Below the pieces are notes generated by a model that saw nothing but the letters and a program-made list of their open reading frames with translations, did not search any database and had not been told where the DNA came from. DNA of 64,000 nucleotides from Mobula hypostoma. Lineage: Eukaryota. Made by a program: the position numbers and the translations under genes. Location of the stretch: assembly GCF_963921235.1 (NCBI RefSeq), contig NC_086102.1:163432001-163496000 (forward strand), written 5' to 3'. Positions 61,401-64,000 of this stretch are shown here, in pieces (within the stretch, counting starts at the first letter, position 1; each line of letters begins with the position of its first letter).

Positions 61401-63779
61401 AGAACTCGGCTCTACGAGGAGTATAATCAAACGGGGATTCGAAGACAACTTCGAACGCAGCATATGCTCGGAGAGCAATAAAACGAAGAGATTTACAATC
61501 TTCGCCTGGCCTCGGCAGCCTCGCGCCCTTTCAGGAATTACTGCTGGTGATTTATAACAGGATTGGAAATTGTTGACCCTCCACACCATAATACTTTATT
61601 TCGATTTAATGAAAAAGTTGTAATTAAACCGTTTTCATTGATTCTTGTCTGCCCGATTCTTTGCTGGATCAGAATTTAAAGGGTAGAGAATGCTGAGTTC
61701 AAGAGAGTTTAAAAAAACAACTTGGCTTCACAGCCGCAACTTTGTCATCAGTAAAACAGCGTTGCATTTGTCATCGGCGAATAACTGAATTAATAGGTTA
61801 TTGTTTTAATGCATAATTTATTTAAAAAGGAAACGAACGTCGACTTTACACACGTGACGACAGCGCAAATTCAATTTCCAGAAGAGCGCTACGACAAAAG
61901 CAACGGAAGCAATAAATGCGAAGGTTCATATTGTAAAATATCTCCAATCAATTTAATAAAATCCTTTCTCAAAGACATCTGTATTTGCCACGGTAATTTA
62001 TATAGTTTAATTACACCTTTAGAGATGGGGGAAGGAACAGAGCTGTCATGGTGTGCTACTAAACCCTGTAGTGTAATTTATTGTTATTGAAGAATATTTA
62101 TTGATGTATATATACGATTACATTCTTTCCTGCTTCAATTATGATGATTTGGATTGTAGAATCCTGTCTCCTTTTTCACAAAAAGATTTTACATTTCTGC
62201 TCAGTATTATAACTGAAAATGTTTACTGACTATATACTTCTAATCTTTACCCTGGTAATAAAACTTTTGTATGTAAAAAACAATAATAAAAAACAGTTCA
62301 TGCTTGTACTTCACAGCATTGTATCATCCACAATATATGTTAGGCATACTTTAATGCAGTTTCTCATACTAATATAGGTACAGAAAATCAGAATTCTGTT
62401 AATTTATTACCTTATAAAATGTGCTCATAATTGTTCTTATTCAGGGAATCAATCACTACCAATTATTCTTAAAATGAGCCTAACGCATACTTAAGGGTTT
62501 GTGAATACTCGTTTTGCCTTCCATTGTACGAAATAAATGCCAATTAACTGTAAAAACAAATTCGTAGGTTCAAAGGAAACAGTTGTTTCATCTTTTATAG
62601 CAACACATCAACTAAAATATAAGGCACGAAATGCCCATGAATATATTTTCTGTTGACGTAAGTACCTGCAATTGTTCTCGCTGAATCTCATTTACAGACT
62701 TTCTATTACGTCTCAAAGAACACAAAATATATGACTCGTGGTATTCAATATAAGCTCAGGCCTCTACTTCGTTGTGTACAAATAGGCAGCAGATGCCATG
62801 ACAGCCGGCATTGTTTGCAATAAAGCACAAGTAAACCGTAAAATCTACGCCATTTCAGGACACAAAACTACGCCTTAATAATAATCCCACCGCAGTCTTA
62901 CTAATGTTTACCTCCCACCTCCAAGATATAGCAGATACAAATTTTTGCAGCTGAAGTTTATCATAGTTGCTCCAAAATGTTAAAGCTAATCCGAATAGAA
63001 GGTCAGTATATCAGCCTACTGCAACTTATGACTGTCGCTTGGTAGCACATAGTAAGAAGCAAAGGGCGCTATTCATCAAATATATATGACAGTTACATTC
63101 ATTTGCTATCTTACCAGAAACAAAACTAAAATTGTTTACCTACCAAGCTTCCATTTTTCAGTTTCTGGCAACGAACTACAACAGCAAAGTCTGATAGCGG
63201 ACCATTTGTATATAATATTCTTGGGATCTGTTCACTTTTCAAGTGTGATAGAGTCCTTTGCTTGGCCGATTAATGACGACGCTGTGTTTCTTTCGGGACG
63301 TACTGCATTAATTATTTAGTAAATCACGTGGCCGAATCAAATATAAAAGGATACATAAAATCTTACCACCTCTCCTGGACATGGTCATAAAATGCAAAAG
63401 TCTTTATCGTTTGGGAAATATCAGGTTGGCAAATATATTTTAAAATTCTAAAGAGAAAGACCAACAAATATGGCTGTTTAGAGGCGATGGGCTGCATCAG
63501 CTTTGTCCCAATTTGAATGACCAGCCTATGGCATGGTCGTATTGACTCTTTGCCTTCCTTTCAGCTGTTTCTTGTTCCAGGCTAGAAACGAAGCAAGCGA
63601 GCGGCAGATTTACAACAATTTGCCTTTGGTTTGTTAAGATTTGTCTAATTAAACTCCATTTTAAGATGTTTTCATATTTGAAGAAATAAACCAATCAAAG
63701 GTGGAAGAGGTTATCCATGCTTTTAGTTCTTTGATACCAACAGATATAAATACAAGTGAATGCATTAAACACAACTACA

Positions 63780-64000
63780 GATTAATACATACCCACGTAT
63801 ATATAGTCTTACATACAAATACACATGTATATTGGAACATATCAATACATATTCACGTGTTCACATATGTGCATGCATAACTGCATACAAAAAATTTCCC
63901 TCCACAGAAATATACATAAATGCATACACACGAGTATATATAAGGTAATATGTAGTTATGGGAACTGTGCTGTGCAGTATTGATATAAATATATTATATG
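63780..64000. repeat. Degenerate (TA/CA)n low-complexity tract
   Basis: Alternating purine-pyrimidine atacatac-type sequence. Confidence 0.7.

Noticed and set aside
61696-61711. AGTTCAagagAGTTTA as a RARE
   Set aside because: DR4 spacing with an imperfect second half-site.

Overview
Vertebrate genomic DNA, almost certainly from a cartilaginous fish (intact HoxD2; the repeat types suggest a ray, which is low confidence). It holds the anterior (3') end of the HoxD cluster on the minus strand: HoxD3 (coding exons 51214-50731 and 49401-48653, about 410 aa), HoxD2 (45617-45272 and 44913-44168, about 363 aa) and HoxD1 (37706-37124 and 36804-36440, about 315 aa). About 24.6 kb beyond the HoxD1 stop lie the CpG-rich promoter and first coding exon of Mtx2 (11873-11834), the usual telomeric neighbour of HoxD. 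Positions 1-32 kb are packed with retroelements (CR1, Rex1/Babar, Tx1, Penelope-like, Gypsy, tRNA-SINE), often nested, while 32-64 kb is almost free of them. Highlights: (1) a Hoxa1-type DR5 retinoic acid response element plus a perfect DR1 about 3 kb downstream of HoxD1; (2) a DR5 RARE next to a Pbx-Hox site upstream of HoxD3; (3) an apparently intact minimal hammerhead ribozyme inside a TSD-flanked, inverted-repeat Penelope-derived mini-element, with decayed sister copies; (4) a three-level nested retroelement stack; (5) CpG retention that suggests the Hox hypomethylated domain extends well beyond HoxD1. Family assignments come from remembered motifs; no searches were run.
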